The notes beneath the pieces were generated by a model. It was not told where the DNA came from. It saw nothing but the letters and a program-made list of their open reading frames with translations, and made no database searches. A stretch of 63,378 nucleotides of DNA, counting the filler. It is 8 parts of 8 records of this genome, joined end to end, with 100 filler letters (N's around TTAATTAATTAA, not from the genome) between each part and the next. Parts side by side here need not be neighbours in the genome. Positions count along the whole stretch, not along the records: positions 37,719 to 43,251 come from SRR31156797_32126; positions 43,352 to 49,091 come from SRR31156797_32131; 6 more parts are not named here. The stretch is one strand, 5' to 3'. Made by a program: the position numbers and the translations under genes. This document shows, in pieces, positions 37,721 through 47,758 of this stretch (the first letter of the stretch is position 1; each line of letters starts with the position of its first letter).

Positions 37721-38395
37721 GGCAAGACCACCCTGCTGGATCTGCTCATCCGCCATAACCGGCCCGATGCCGGCACCATCACCCTGGGCGACGGGGCAAG
37801 ACCCCTGGGGCGCTTGTCCCGGAAGGAGATTGCCCGGACCATTGCTCTTGTCTCCCAGAACTACAACATCAATTTTCCCTTTACCGTGGAAGAGGTGGTG
37901 ATGATGGGGCGGCATCCCTATATTTCGCGATTCTCAACCCCGGGGGCAGAGGATGTCAGGATCGTGGAACAGATGATGGAGCGGACCGGCATCAACGGTT
38001 TCAGGAACCGGCGGATCACGGAACTGAGCGGCGGGGAGCGCCAGCGCTGTGTGGTTGCCAGGGCCCTTTGCCAGGATACGCCATTGCTTTTTCTGGACGA
38101 GGCCTTTTCCAGCATGGATATCAGCCATACCCTGCGCTTGCTGAGCATCGTGCGGGAAGCGGTGGACCGGACCGATAAGACCGTTGTGTCGGTGTTCCAC
38201 GATATCAATCTTGCTTCCGCCTGGTCCGACAGCCTCGTGTTCATGAAAGCGGGGCGGCTGGTTGCCGCCGGCGATACCCGGGAGGTGCTGACCGAGGCGG
38301 TGCTGAAGCAGGTGTTTGAGGTGGAGGCCCGGGTGGCGTTCAACGAATATGCCGGGGCCAGGCAGGCCTATTTCCGGGCGGGCGCCCATGGATAA
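37721..38395 (+). CDS. Cobalamin/iron-chelate ABC transporter ATPase, 5' truncated
   Basis: GKTT at the contig edge, VMMGRHP, LSGGERQR, FLDEA, HDINLA. Confidence 0.88.
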   Translation, partial: GKTTLLDLLIRHNRPDAGTITLGDGARPLGRLSRKEIARTIALVSQNYNINFPFTVEEVVMMGRHPYISRFSTPGAEDVRIVEQMMERTGINGFRNRRITELSGGERQRCVVARALCQDTPLLFLDEAFSSMDISHTLRLLSIVREAVDRTDKTVVSVFHDINLASAWSDSLVFMKAGRLVAAGDTREVLTEAVLKQVFEVEARVAFNEYAGARQAYFRAGAHG

Positions 38396-38413
38396 ATCAA
38401 GGGGAGAGGGGGC

Positions 38414-39352
38414 ATGATGTTTTCAGTGAGGGGGCGGTTCACCAGGGGGATTGTGATGGCGGGCATCTGCATTTTTGCAGTCGCAGCAGCGGCAGGGGCC
38501 GGGACCATCGTTGACCAGGGGGGGCGGAAGATTACCGTTGACAAGCCCTTTGTTCGGATCATCTCCCTCTACGGGGCCCATACGGAAAATTTGAGCTTTC
38601 TGGGGCTGGACCGGGAGATCATCGGCGTGGCCCGGAGCGACTCCCACGACAAACGGTTTGCATCAAAGCCCTGGTTCTCCTACCATGACGACCCGGAAAA
38701 GTTTCTCGGGGCAAGGCCCGACCTTGTGCTGGTCCGGCCCATGATCGAACGGGGCTACCCCGGACTGATCCGGCGGCTTGAGCGTTCGGGCATCACGGTT
38801 GCCTCCCTGCAGCCCGCCACGGTTGAGGAGATGTATGATTACTGGCTCGCCCTTGGCACCCTCTCCGGAAAGGAGGCGCGGGCGGCCGGGATGGTGGCGG
38901 ATTTTCAGCGGCAGGTGGCCGTTTACCGCTCCCTCACCGCGGGGGTGGCACCAAAGAAGCGGGTCTATTTTGAGGCGATCCATTCCCGGATGAAAACCTT
39001 TACCCCGGGTTCCATGGCATTGTTTGCCCTGGAGGCTGCAGGGGGCATCAACGTTGCCGGGGATGCTGTCTCCTCCAGGGGGACAAACATCGGCAACTAC
39101 GGCAAGGAGCGGATTCTCTCCCGCGGGAACGAGATCGATGTGTTCCTTGCCCAGCAGGGGGTGATGAACCAGGTGACCCTTGCGATGATCAAAAACGAAC
39201 CCGGCTTTGGCATCATCAAGGCGGTCAGGAACGACCAGGTCTACCTCATTGACGAGATGATCGTGTCACGGCCAGGGTTCAGGTTGTTACAGGGAATTAG
39301 AACCATAGGGGAGATCCTCTATCCCGAATTGTTCGGCGATCTTGCCGAATGA
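38414..39352 (+). CDS. Cobalamin/iron-chelate ABC transporter substrate-binding protein
   Basis: Signal peptide; DQGGRKI..RIISLYGAHTE, RPDLVL, AVRNDQVYLI..SRPG; directly upstream of cbi genes. Confidence 0.85.
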   Translation: MMFSVRGRFTRGIVMAGICIFAVAAAAGAGTIVDQGGRKITVDKPFVRIISLYGAHTENLSFLGLDREIIGVARSDSHDKRFASKPWFSYHDDPEKFLGARPDLVLVRPMIERGYPGLIRRLERSGITVASLQPATVEEMYDYWLALGTLSGKEARAAGMVADFQRQVAVYRSLTAGVAPKKRVYFEAIHSRMKTFTPGSMALFALEAAGGINVAGDAVSSRGTNIGNYGKERILSRGNEIDVFLAQQGVMNQVTLAMIKNEPGFGIIKAVRNDQVYLIDEMIVSRPGFRLLQGIRTIGEILYPELFGDLAE

Positions 39353-39392
39353 TTTTCGGAGACAGGGCCCCAAAAACAAGGACGTAAATAGT

Positions 39393-40100
39393 ATGAAAAC
39401 AGTTGGTAAACTTTTTGGTATCGGCGTTGGCCCCGGGGATCCGGAACTCTTGACCCTCAAGGCGGTGCGCCTGATCAACCAGGCAGATGTGATCTTTACC
39501 GCGGCATCCACCAAGAACACCTACAGCCTGGCCGTGGAGATCGCCCGGCCCCATATTTCCGAGCAGGCCACCATCCGGTCCCTCTCTTTCTCCATGAGCA
39601 AGGACAAGGACACGGCCCGAACGGCCTGGGACAACAACGCCCGGATCATTGCAGAGGTGCTGGAGGAGGGCAAGAACGCGGCCTTCCTCACCCTGGGGGA
39701 TCCCATGACTTACTCCACCTACGGGTACGTGCTCAAGAGTCTGAAAACCGTGATGCCCGAAGCCGGGATTGAAACCGTTCCCGGGATCACCTCCTTCCAT
39801 GCGGCGGCCGCACGGCTCAACCGTACCCTGGTGGAGGCGGAAGAGTCCCTGCTGATCTCCTCGGGTGCCTATGGCGGTGAGCCCTTGAGAAAGAGCATGG
39901 ATGGGGTGGAGAACGTGGTGCTGCTTAAGGCCTATAAGAACACTGCGGATATCAATGTGGCCCTCAAGGAGGCCGGTCTGTTTGAAAACGGGGTCGCCAT
40001 TTCCAAGTGCGGCAGGGAAGGGGAGGAGATCATCGATAATCTGGGGGATCTCGAGACACGGGACCCCAACTACTGGACCCTGATCCTGGCCGGAAAATGA
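39393..40100 (+). CDS. cbiL: Precorrin-2/cobalt-factor II C20-methyltransferase
   Basis: GKLFGIGVGPGDPELLTLKA, AFLTLGDPMTYSTY, VPGITS. Start re-assigned to ATG 39393. Confidence 0.9.
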   Translation: MKTVGKLFGIGVGPGDPELLTLKAVRLINQADVIFTAASTKNTYSLAVEIARPHISEQATIRSLSFSMSKDKDTARTAWDNNARIIAEVLEEGKNAAFLTLGDPMTYSTYGYVLKSLKTVMPEAGIETVPGITSFHAAAARLNRTLVEAEESLLISSGAYGGEPLRKSMDGVENVVLLKAYKNTADINVALKEAGLFENGVAISKCGREGEEIIDNLGDLETRDPNYWTLILAGK

Positions 40101-40190
40101 AGAGGTCATGTCAGAAAAACGGCCGGACTTTCCCTGTGAAGAGGGGCGCCGGGCAACGCACACGAACCGTTATATCTACCAGGGAGGGGC

Positions 40191-41486
40191 ATGATGGGTG
40201 TTGATATCATCGGCATGGGGCTGGGTGGGGAGGACCTCACCGGCAGGCATCGACAGATCATCCACCGGGCCGATCTCCTGGTGGGGGGACGCCGTCACCT
40301 TGAGCTGTTCCGGGATCTTGGCATGGAGACCCTTTCCATTTCAAAGGATATTGCCCGTGTGGTTGCAACCGTCAGGCAACGGATGGCATTGGAGCGTATT
40401 GTGGTGTTGGCCTCCGGGGATCCCCTTTTTTTCGGCATCGGGTCCACCCTGGTCCGGGAGCTTGGGAAAGAACAGGTGACCGTGCATCCCAACGTCACCT
40501 CCCTGGCTGCTGCCTTCAGCGCCATTAAGGAGCCCTGGCAGGACGCCCGGTTCATCAGTCTCCACGGAAGGGAGGTGCCGGATCTGGCGGAGATCCTGAA
40601 GACCCATGCCAGGATCGGGATTCTCACGGATCACACACGGACCCCCGGCTGGATCGCAAACATTCTTCAGGACAACCGTACCCCTATGTTCGGCATGTGG
40701 GTGCTGGAGCGCCTTGGCACCCCGGAGCAGGCGATCTCCTGGCATGATGACATGGCCGAAGTGGTAAAGATGACCTTTGCCGCGCCCAATGTGGTGGTGC
40801 TGAAACGGATTGAATCCCCCGAAGGGGAGGTCTTCCGGGCGTCCGCAAGCTCGGAGGCGCCGCTGGAACAGGCCACGGCAACCGGGCCGGGGGCGGTGAC
40901 GAAAAAATCCGCCATCTGGCCGGGCATGCCGGATGAGTGCTTTGTCCATGAAAAGGGGCTGATCACCAAGGCCGAGGTGAGGAGCATCTCCCTGTCCAAG
41001 CTCAAGCTTGTGTCCGATGATTTCATTGTCTGGGATCTTGGCGCGGGTTCCGGGTCCGTGGGCATCGAGGTGTCCGCCTTTGTTCCACGTGGACGGGTGA
41101 TCAGTGTGGAGAAGAACGAAAACAGGCTCGCCGACATCCGGGCAAACGCCGCGCGCTTCGGGGTGACCCATCTGGATGTGGTCCATGGCAACAGCCTCGA
41201 GGTGGTGGACAACCTGCCCGATCCGGATCGGATCTTCATCGGCGGCGGGGGCAGGGATCTTGGGAAGATCATCCGGGCGGCCGGAAAACGGCTGAAAGCA
41301 GGCGGGGTGATGGTTGTCAATACGGTGCTCATCCAGAACATGGAGCCGGTGCTGGCCCTCTTGAAAGAGATGGGGTTCCGATCCCAGCTGGTCCAGGTCC
41401 AGGTATCCAAATCAAGATCCATGCCGGTGGGGGAACGCCTGGAGGCGTTGAACCCGGTGTGGGTGATTTCAGGTGAAAAACTCTAA
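40191..41486 (+). CDS. cbiET: Fused cobalt-precorrin-7 C5-methyltransferase / precorrin-6B C15-methyltransferase
   Basis: CbiE part (VGGRRHL, LASGDPLFFGIG, SLHGR) fused to CbiT part (ITKAEVR, WDLGAGSGSV, PDRIFIGG). Confidence 0.9.
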   Translation: MMGVDIIGMGLGGEDLTGRHRQIIHRADLLVGGRRHLELFRDLGMETLSISKDIARVVATVRQRMALERIVVLASGDPLFFGIGSTLVRELGKEQVTVHPNVTSLAAAFSAIKEPWQDARFISLHGREVPDLAEILKTHARIGILTDHTRTPGWIANILQDNRTPMFGMWVLERLGTPEQAISWHDDMAEVVKMTFAAPNVVVLKRIESPEGEVFRASASSEAPLEQATATGPGAVTKKSAIWPGMPDECFVHEKGLITKAEVRSISLSKLKLVSDDFIVWDLGAGSGSVGIEVSAFVPRGRVISVEKNENRLADIRANAARFGVTHLDVVHGNSLEVVDNLPDPDRIFIGGGGRDLGKIIRAAGKRLKAGGVMVVNTVLIQNMEPVLALLKEMGFRSQLVQVQVSKSRSMPVGERLEALNPVWVISGEKL

Positions 41487-41497
41487 GGAAACAATAT

Positions 41498-42280
41498 ATG
41501 TCTATGGAAACCTATCCAGTTATATTTGCAGGCGCGGGACCCGGGGATCCGGATCTCATTACGGTCAAGGGCCAGAAAGCCCTTGCTTCCGCTGATCTCA
41601 TCATCTATGCGGGCTCCCTTGTGCCCGAGGCCCTGCTCAAGTGGAAACAGGCGGCGGCGGAGGCGGTCAACAGCGCCTCCATGGATCTTGGGGAGATCGT
41701 TGACATGATCCGGACGGCCCATGGGGCCGGGAAAAGGGTGGTGCGGCTCCACACCGGGGACCCTTCCCTCTACGGTGCCATCTTTGAGCAGATGCGGGAG
41801 CTTGAGAAATATGATATCACCTACCAGGTGATCCCCGGAGTGACGGCGGCCTTTGCCGCGGCTGCGGCCATGGGCATGGAATATACCCTGCCCGAGGTGA
41901 CCCAGACCCTGATCCTTACCCGGATTTCGGGAAGAACCCCGGTGCCGGAGCAGGAGGAGCTGGAACACTTGGCCTCCCACCAGAGTTCCATGGCCATCTA
42001 TCTCTCCATTGCCCACGTGAAACGGGTGGAGGAGATCCTTGGCAAGCACTATGGGAAAGAGAGCGCCTGCGCTGTGGCCTACAAGGTCGGCCATCCTGAG
42101 GAGCGGATCGTGTTCACCACCGTGGAGAAACTCAGTTACACGGTGGAGACCGAGAACCTCAACCGCCAGGCCCTGATCATCGTTGGCAAGGCCGTGGCCG
42201 CCGCCAGGGACAAGGGGGATGTGATTAAGTCGAAACTCTATGATGCGGGCTTTTCCCACGGTTTCAGGGAGAAGAAGTGA
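41498..42280 (+). CDS. cbiF: Cobalt-precorrin-4 C11-methyltransferase
   Basis: GAGPGDPDLITVKG, YAGSLV, RLHTGDPSLYGAIFEQM, TLPEVTQTLILTR, SKLYDAGFSHGFR. Confidence 0.93.
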   Translation: MSMETYPVIFAGAGPGDPDLITVKGQKALASADLIIYAGSLVPEALLKWKQAAAEAVNSASMDLGEIVDMIRTAHGAGKRVVRLHTGDPSLYGAIFEQMRELEKYDITYQVIPGVTAAFAAAAAMGMEYTLPEVTQTLILTRISGRTPVPEQEELEHLASHQSSMAIYLSIAHVKRVEEILGKHYGKESACAVAYKVGHPEERIVFTTVEKLSYTVETENLNRQALIIVGKAVAAARDKGDVIKSKLYDAGFSHGFREKK

Positions 42281-43251
42281 GCCGGGACCAGGGCCGGATA
42301 CAGGAGATCGCCATCTGGGCCATCACCCCGGGCGGGGTGGGCCTGGGGGAACGCTTGCTCAACGGGATGGACCGGGCGGATCTTTTCGTATCGGAGAAGT
42401 GTTCCCGTTCCCGGGAATTATCCCCGGGGACGGAGGTGTTCAAGTCCCTTTCCAAGTCCCTGGAGGAGGAATTTCACGCCCGTTCGGCCCATATCTTTCT
42501 CTTTTCCACGGGCATTGCCGTGCGGATGATTGCCCCGTTCCTGAGATCCAAGCTGGAGGACCCGGCCGTGGTGGTAATGGATGACCGGGGGCTCCATGCC
42601 ATCTCCCTGGTGTCAGGACACCTGGGGGGCGCCAACGACCTTGCCCGGCGGGTGGGGAAAATTGTCGGGGCGCGGCCGGTGATCACCACGGCCACGGATG
42701 TGAATCAATTGCCCTCCATGGATATGGTGGCCAAGGAAAACGGTCTTAAGATCGAGAATCCTGAAATGATCAAGACCGTCAACATGGCCTTTCTGCAGGG
42801 CCGTGCCGTGGAGCTCCAGGACCCCTTTGGACTGGTCGGGCCCCATCTTCCGGAGCGGTTCGTGATTTCAAGTCCAGTAGGACCCACGGGCACACGACCG
42901 GCCGTTGTCTGCACGGATCGGATTGTGAGTGTTCCACGTGAAACCCTCGTGCTCCGACCCGGGACCCTGGCCGTGGGCATCGGGTGCAACCGGGGCACGG
43001 CCCTGGAAGAGATCCACGGGTTTTTGACCGCCGTGTTCCATGACCTGGGGTTCAGTCTTGACAGCATTGCCCTGTTGGCCTCCACCGACGTAAAGGCCGA
43101 TGAAGACGGGCTGCTGGCCCTTGGGAAAAAACGCGGGCTTGATATTCGATTTTATGATAAACCGAGCCTCAACTCGGTAACCACGATTCAGAATCCATCC
43201 AGGGTGGTGGAGAAACATTTGGGAGTAAAAAGCGTATGCGAAGCAGCAGCG
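42277..43251 (+). CDS. cbiG: Cobalt-precorrin-5A hydrolase, 3' truncated
   Basis: STGIAVRMIAP..KLEDPAVVV, SGHLGGAN, PVITTATD, VGIGCNRG, SVCEAAA. Confidence 0.92.
42930..42945. promoter_or_regulatory. parS-like centromere site inside cbiG
   Basis: TGTTCCACGTGAAACC, 15/16 identical to the parS consensus TGTTNCACGTGAAACA. Confidence 0.65.
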
Positions 43252-43351
43252 NNNNNNNNNNNNNNNNNNNNNNNNNNNNNNNNNNNNNNNNNNNNTTAAT
43301 TAATTAANNNNNNNNNNNNNNNNNNNNNNNNNNNNNNNNNNNNNNNNNNNN
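43252..43351. other. Artificial contig spacer
   Basis: N-run with TTAATTAATTAA. Confidence 0.98.
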
Positions 43352-43810
43352 GTTGTGGAACACAGCTTCCACCTGGAGCAGGTGGTGATCAAAAGGGCGT
43401 ACGGAGCCCACCTGCCGCCGGTGAAAGGGGATGAGGAAAAGTTGAAGCAGGTGTTTGTCAACTTGCTTAAAAACGCCCAGGACGCCATGGGACAGGGGGG
43501 CGTCATCACCATTAAAACCTGCTATATCGAGCAACAGGGCACGCTTGTGGTCTCGGTCTCGGATACGGGCAAGGGAATTCGTTCCGCCAACATGAAAAAG
43601 ATCTTTGATCCCTTTTTCACCACCAAGGGGGTGGGCCGGGGAACCGGGCTCGGTCTGTCGGTCACCTTTGGTATCATCAAGGAGCATGGCGGAACCATCG
43701 AGGTGAAGAGTCCCCTTGTGCCGGAAAGGGACAGGATGGACGGCCAGGGACCGGGCACGGGCTTTTTCGTGCATCTGCCTGTGAATAGCGGCACCGGGGA
43801 GAACGGTTGA
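43352..43810 (+). CDS. Histidine kinase HATPase domain, 5' truncated
   Basis: KLKQVFVNLLKNAQDAM, DTGKG, IFDPFFTTK, GTGLGLS. Confidence 0.92.
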   Translation, partial: VVEHSFHLEQVVIKRAYGAHLPPVKGDEEKLKQVFVNLLKNAQDAMGQGGVITIKTCYIEQQGTLVVSVSDTGKGIRSANMKKIFDPFFTTKGVGRGTGLGLSVTFGIIKEHGGTIEVKSPLVPERDRMDGQGPGTGFFVHLPVNSGTGENG

Positions 43811-43863
43811 CCGCCTTCCCGGCTTGAAGCACGGGGGGACGGCATGTTGATAAAGGAGAGGGC

Positions 43864-44223
43864 ATGGCAACGATACTGGTATTGGACGATGTGTTGGATG
43901 CGGTTATCCTGATTAAGCGGATCCTGTCGAGAAAAGGGCATGAGGTGATCACCTTTACCGAGGAGGAGGAGGCCATTGCCTATGCCGCCTCCCATCCGGT
44001 GGACCTAGCCATTCTGGACATCAAGCTCAAACGGCTCAGTGGAATAGAGGTGCTGGAAATGCTGAAAAAGGCCGTACCTGCGATCCGGGTTCTTATGCTT
44101 ACGGGGTATCCCTCCCTGGAGACGGCCCGGGAGGCCCTGGATCTCGGCGCAGGAGCGTATTGCGTCAAACCCATTGACATGGATGAGCTGGAGGAGAAGG
44201 TGGCGGCCCTGCTGGCCGACTAG
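43864..44223 (+). CDS. Single-domain response regulator
   Basis: ILVLDD, LDIKL (phospho-Asp), MLTG, YCVKP. Confidence 0.92.
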   Translation: MATILVLDDVLDAVILIKRILSRKGHEVITFTEEEEAIAYAASHPVDLAILDIKLKRLSGIEVLEMLKKAVPAIRVLMLTGYPSLETAREALDLGAGAYCVKPIDMDELEEKVAALLAD

Positions 44224-45227
44224 CGCCTGGACCGCCTTGACAGGCGGGCGATCACTTGGAAGTACTCCTCGATAAATTTTCCGGACACCACCTGGGCAAT
44301 GGAGAAGCGAAGGGGTGCCTTACCCGGAAAGCGACCGGAGAGAGCCAGGAACACATTGCTCGAAAGGGTGGTGAGCCGGGCCTGGAGGGTGTGCTCGTCG
44401 ATCAGGCCCCGGGGGACCCCGTAGATACGGCACCGGATGGGCCGGAATTCATGGAGCATTCCTCCATCATCCTGAAACAATGGACAGGGGGCGGTCCGGT
44501 TGCTTTCCATGTTCCGGGCTTTCGCGATCACGGCCTGCCTGAGGTCGCTTGCCAGGCTCCTGTTGATTTTCCCGTGGATGTAGATCGCCTCGATCAATTG
44601 GATCTCAAATGGTTTAAAACAGCATTGGCTGTGCTTTGAACCGCATTCAAACCGGTATCCGCATGCCTTGGACGCCGCTTCCACATGGACGGCGACTTTT
44701 TGAAACAGTGCTTCATAATCGTCAATATAGGGGGCAAGATCCACGGTATTGCGATGTTCGAGACGCGGTTCCCGGATGGTCAGGGTGCCGGCGCTTTTTC
44801 CATACCGTTTCAATAGTTTCTTCTGGGTGGCGCTGGTCGGGGCCGCCCGGGTGAGTTTCAGCTTTTGGGCCGCGCCCTTCAGGTCGAGTCCCTTTCTCAA
44901 AAGATAGGAGGAGATCAGGGTGCCGCTTCGTCCGATGCCGTGGCGGCAGTGCACCAGCACCTTTTTGCCCAGGTAGAGGGCCTCGTCCAGCCAGGCAAGG
45001 CCGTTCTCCATCTCTTCCATGGCTGGGGCTTCGTCGTCCCACACGGGAAGATAGAACACCTCGAACCCGGAGCCTTCCTCCAACTGGTGGAGATCGCTGA
45101 ATTCGGCGCAGAGGTTGACAATGGCATCGATGCCCTGGTCGCGGATGAGATCGAGTTCTGCATAGGACATGGGGGCACGGCCAACGGCAAGCTGGGGCGT
45201 CACCCAGGAGAGGTTGTAGTCAGGCAT
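44220..45227 (-). CDS. Dual-specificity protein phosphatase fused to a YkgJ-like cysteine-cluster domain
   Basis: PVWDD acid loop and VHCRHGIGRS (HCx5R); C-terminal CGSKHSQCC..CPLF..RPIRCR. Confidence 0.88.
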   Translation of the reverse strand: MPDYNLSWVTPQLAVGRAPMSYAELDLIRDQGIDAIVNLCAEFSDLHQLEEGSGFEVFYLPVWDDEAPAMEEMENGLAWLDEALYLGKKVLVHCRHGIGRSGTLISSYLLRKGLDLKGAAQKLKLTRAAPTSATQKKLLKRYGKSAGTLTIREPRLEHRNTVDLAPYIDDYEALFQKVAVHVEAASKACGYRFECGSKHSQCCFKPFEIQLIEAIYIHGKINRSLASDLRQAVIAKARNMESNRTAPCPLFQDDGGMLHEFRPIRCRIYGVPRGLIDEHTLQARLTTLSSNVFLALSGRFPGKAPLRFSIAQVVSGKFIEEYFQVIARLSRRSRR

Positions 45228-45250
45228 AGGGCCCTCCTTCTTCTAAACAC

Positions 45251-47758
45251 TCAATCGTTGGTTGAGCTGAAATCATACCTTCCGTTCATGAAGTCGTCAA
45301 CAAAGACGTCCACGTCGGCATGCTCCGTCAGGTACATATCCATCAACCGGGTGGTCCCCAGAAGACGGCCCACCATATCCAGGCGGTTTGTGAGGGTTGC
45401 CGGTGTTCCCATCTGAAACCTGGCATCCACCAGGTCTCCCTTGGCATGGAGCCCGAAGCCCAGCTGCTTCAGGACCCCACGGATAAAGCCAGCCCTCAGG
45501 GCCCGGCCCTGGGCATCCCCGCCGCCCCCCGAGAACCTGAACAGGATATAGTTATCCGTCGGGATGCTCGTGCAGAGGGTGTCAAGGATCACGAAGTGGT
45601 AGCCGAATCTCAGGTTGAGGTTGAGATAGTCGCTGGAAAAAACGGCATAACTGCCGAACCGGGGGGAGTCGGCACTGATGATTCCCCCGGCCATGACGAT
45701 CCTGTCGTGGCTTTCCCAGTCAAAATGGGTGAAGTGTGACCAGCGGATACCGGGGTGCTTTAAACCGTTGAACAACGCCTTTAACGGAACGCTTGTGATC
45801 TCTGCCAGGGTCACCTGCTTAGGGTCGGCAGCGGTTTCCGCGATGCCGCCCCCCACATCCAGGAGATAGAAGAGCATGGGAAGCCCGGATATCAGCTTTC
45901 GGGCGCCTTTTTTCCTTCCACCCTGGCGGTTTCCCTGGGCGAACATCTCCTGGATCGCCGTCTCATGGGCAAACCGGATGATGTCGTGCATGGAGCGGCA
46001 CCCTTCCGGGGTGAATCCGGGGGCGTCCGGGTCCACCAGGCTCAAGGGGGAGATGAACGCCATGAGATTCTTCAGGGTTTTCATGAAGGGGCTTTTTTCA
46101 AAATCAATTGTCCCATCTTCTCCCGGCGCGGGACCGGGCCCCACCTCTCCCTGGTAGACAACCCGGTTGTCGGCATCCACGGTGACCCGGTCTCCCTGTA
46201 TCAGCGTCGAGGTGGCGTTGCCGGTGTTCACAAGTGCGGGGGTGTTGAATTCCCTTGCCACCGTTGCCAGATGTCCTGAATAGGAGCCAAGATCGGTAAC
46301 GATGGCGCTTGCCCGCTCCAGTGCAACCACTAGATCCGGGGAGGCGCTTCGTGATACCACCACGGCCCCCCTGGGAACATTGTTGCTGTCAAGGGGGGGG
46401 ACCGCTTGAAACACCCGGCCGTAGCCCCTGCCTGTAGAGGCGGTCTCTCCCCCCCGGATCAGAACGGGATCGGCGATTGTTCCGGACGCGATCGGCTCAG
46501 GGACAGGCCGGGGAGGCGGGGCGAGGTTCAGGGGTCTGGACTGAAGAATGAAAAGGCGGCGGGCATCGTCCATGGTCCATTCCACGTCCTGGGGAGAGCT
46601 GAAAAAGGCCTCGAGGAGGACTCCCCAACGGGCAAGTGTTGTGATCGTCCGGCTGTCCAGGTTATTTGTCTTTGGGTGCTTCCGGCTGTCATGGATATCG
46701 CCAATGGTTCCGTCGGAGTTCCTTTCTGCCAGAACCGGGCGGTCCGGGGAGGCGGCTCCCCCCATAAGGGTGTCACCCAGTCCCGCAACCGTATGGATCG
46801 ACAGGGGGCCTGCATCCGGGCTGTGGATGGGGCGGGTGTAGACGATGCCGCTGGCCATGGGATCGATCATTTCAAGGACCAGGACCGCCATGGGGGTCGC
46901 GTGGTCAAGGAGGCCGCGGCTGATTCTGTAAAACAGGGCCCGGGCAGTGTATTTGCTCGCGATTACCTGCTTGTAGGCATGGACGATTTCGGCTTCATTC
47001 ACATTGAGAAGGGTCTGGTACTGGCCGGCAAAGGAGGCGAGGGAGTCCTCTCCCACACCGCTGCTGCGAACGGCCAGGGCCAGGGGGGCGTTGGGGTGGG
47101 GGGACAGGGCGGCAACCGCCTGGGCCATGGCTGACGTCACCCCACTGGGCACACTGGCTGTCATGATCATGGACGTGAGCTTCCGGGCCGATTCCGTAAG
47201 GTTCCGGGGGCAATGGATATCGAGCCGGGCAAGGGTTTCGTTGATCTCCCGGTTCAGGCGGTTGTGCTGGATGAAACAGTGAAACGCGTTTGTGGTGACC
47301 ACGAATCCCCGGGGCACGGGCAGGCTGAGCTCCCGGCGGATCCGGGCAAGGTTCAAGGCCTTTGTTCCTACAAGGTCAAGGGCGTCAAGGGGAATTTCGT
47401 CAACCTGGAATGAAAAGGGGGGGCCGGTATCCACCTTGCCCGGGCTCAGCAGGAACCGCACATAGGCGTCGAATTTTCTGTAATAGGTTTCAAGGGTTGC
47501 GTTGCGGGCGGGGTGCATTTTCAAAAGGGATGCCACCATGGCGGAAACGCATGGCGCCAAGCGGTCGTATTCCTTTGCAACGGCCTGGAGATCCACCCGT
47601 GCGCGGTTGCAAAATATCGCTTCGAGTTCTGCCATGGTTTCGTGGGCGCAGGTATCCTGGGCCAGGAGGGACTTGAACGCCTCATATTTTTCTTTCACAA
47701 GGGTTCCCGGCGAAAATACCTGATAGGTCCAGAATTTGAACATGTTCTTGATCAGCAT
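45251..47758 (-). CDS. PEP-synthase/PPDK-like protein (ATP-grasp + phospho-His swivel + non-canonical C-terminal domain)
   Basis: VGTKALNL, VPRGFVVTT, AVRSSGVGED..SFAGQY, QDVEW, LQSRP; swivel SGHLATVAREF. Start moved to ATG 47758 after a GGGGGAG RBS. Confidence 0.88.
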   Translation of the reverse strand: MLIKNMFKFWTYQVFSPGTLVKEKYEAFKSLLAQDTCAHETMAELEAIFCNRARVDLQAVAKEYDRLAPCVSAMVASLLKMHPARNATLETYYRKFDAYVRFLLSPGKVDTGPPFSFQVDEIPLDALDLVGTKALNLARIRRELSLPVPRGFVVTTNAFHCFIQHNRLNREINETLARLDIHCPRNLTESARKLTSMIMTASVPSGVTSAMAQAVAALSPHPNAPLALAVRSSGVGEDSLASFAGQYQTLLNVNEAEIVHAYKQVIASKYTARALFYRISRGLLDHATPMAVLVLEMIDPMASGIVYTRPIHSPDAGPLSIHTVAGLGDTLMGGAASPDRPVLAERNSDGTIGDIHDSRKHPKTNNLDSRTITTLARWGVLLEAFFSSPQDVEWTMDDARRLFILQSRPLNLAPPPRPVPEPIASGTIADPVLIRGGETASTGRGYGRVFQAVPPLDSNNVPRGAVVVSRSASPDLVVALERASAIVTDLGSYSGHLATVAREFNTPALVNTGNATSTLIQGDRVTVDADNRVVYQGEVGPGPAPGEDGTIDFEKSPFMKTLKNLMAFISPLSLVDPDAPGFTPEGCRSMHDIIRFAHETAIQEMFAQGNRQGGRKKGARKLISGLPMLFYLLDVGGGIAETAADPKQVTLAEITSVPLKALFNGLKHPGIRWSHFTHFDWESHDRIVMAGGIISADSPRFGSYAVFSSDYLNLNLRFGYHFVILDTLCTSIPTDNYILFRFSGGGGDAQGRALRAGFIRGVLKQLGFGLHAKGDLVDARFQMGTPATLTNRLDMVGRLLGTTRLMDMYLTEHADVDVFVDDFMNGRYDFSSTND

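Noticed and set aside
39297-42259. Long antisense ORFs of 250-290 aa opposite the cbi genes
   Set aside because: Shadow ORFs expected in GC-rich coding DNA; no motifs, and they lie opposite well-supported genes.
5666-43251. Apparent B12 theme linking pduS, the CarH-like regulator and the cbi operon
   Set aside because: Three separate contigs, at least one from a different phylum; no linkage evidence.
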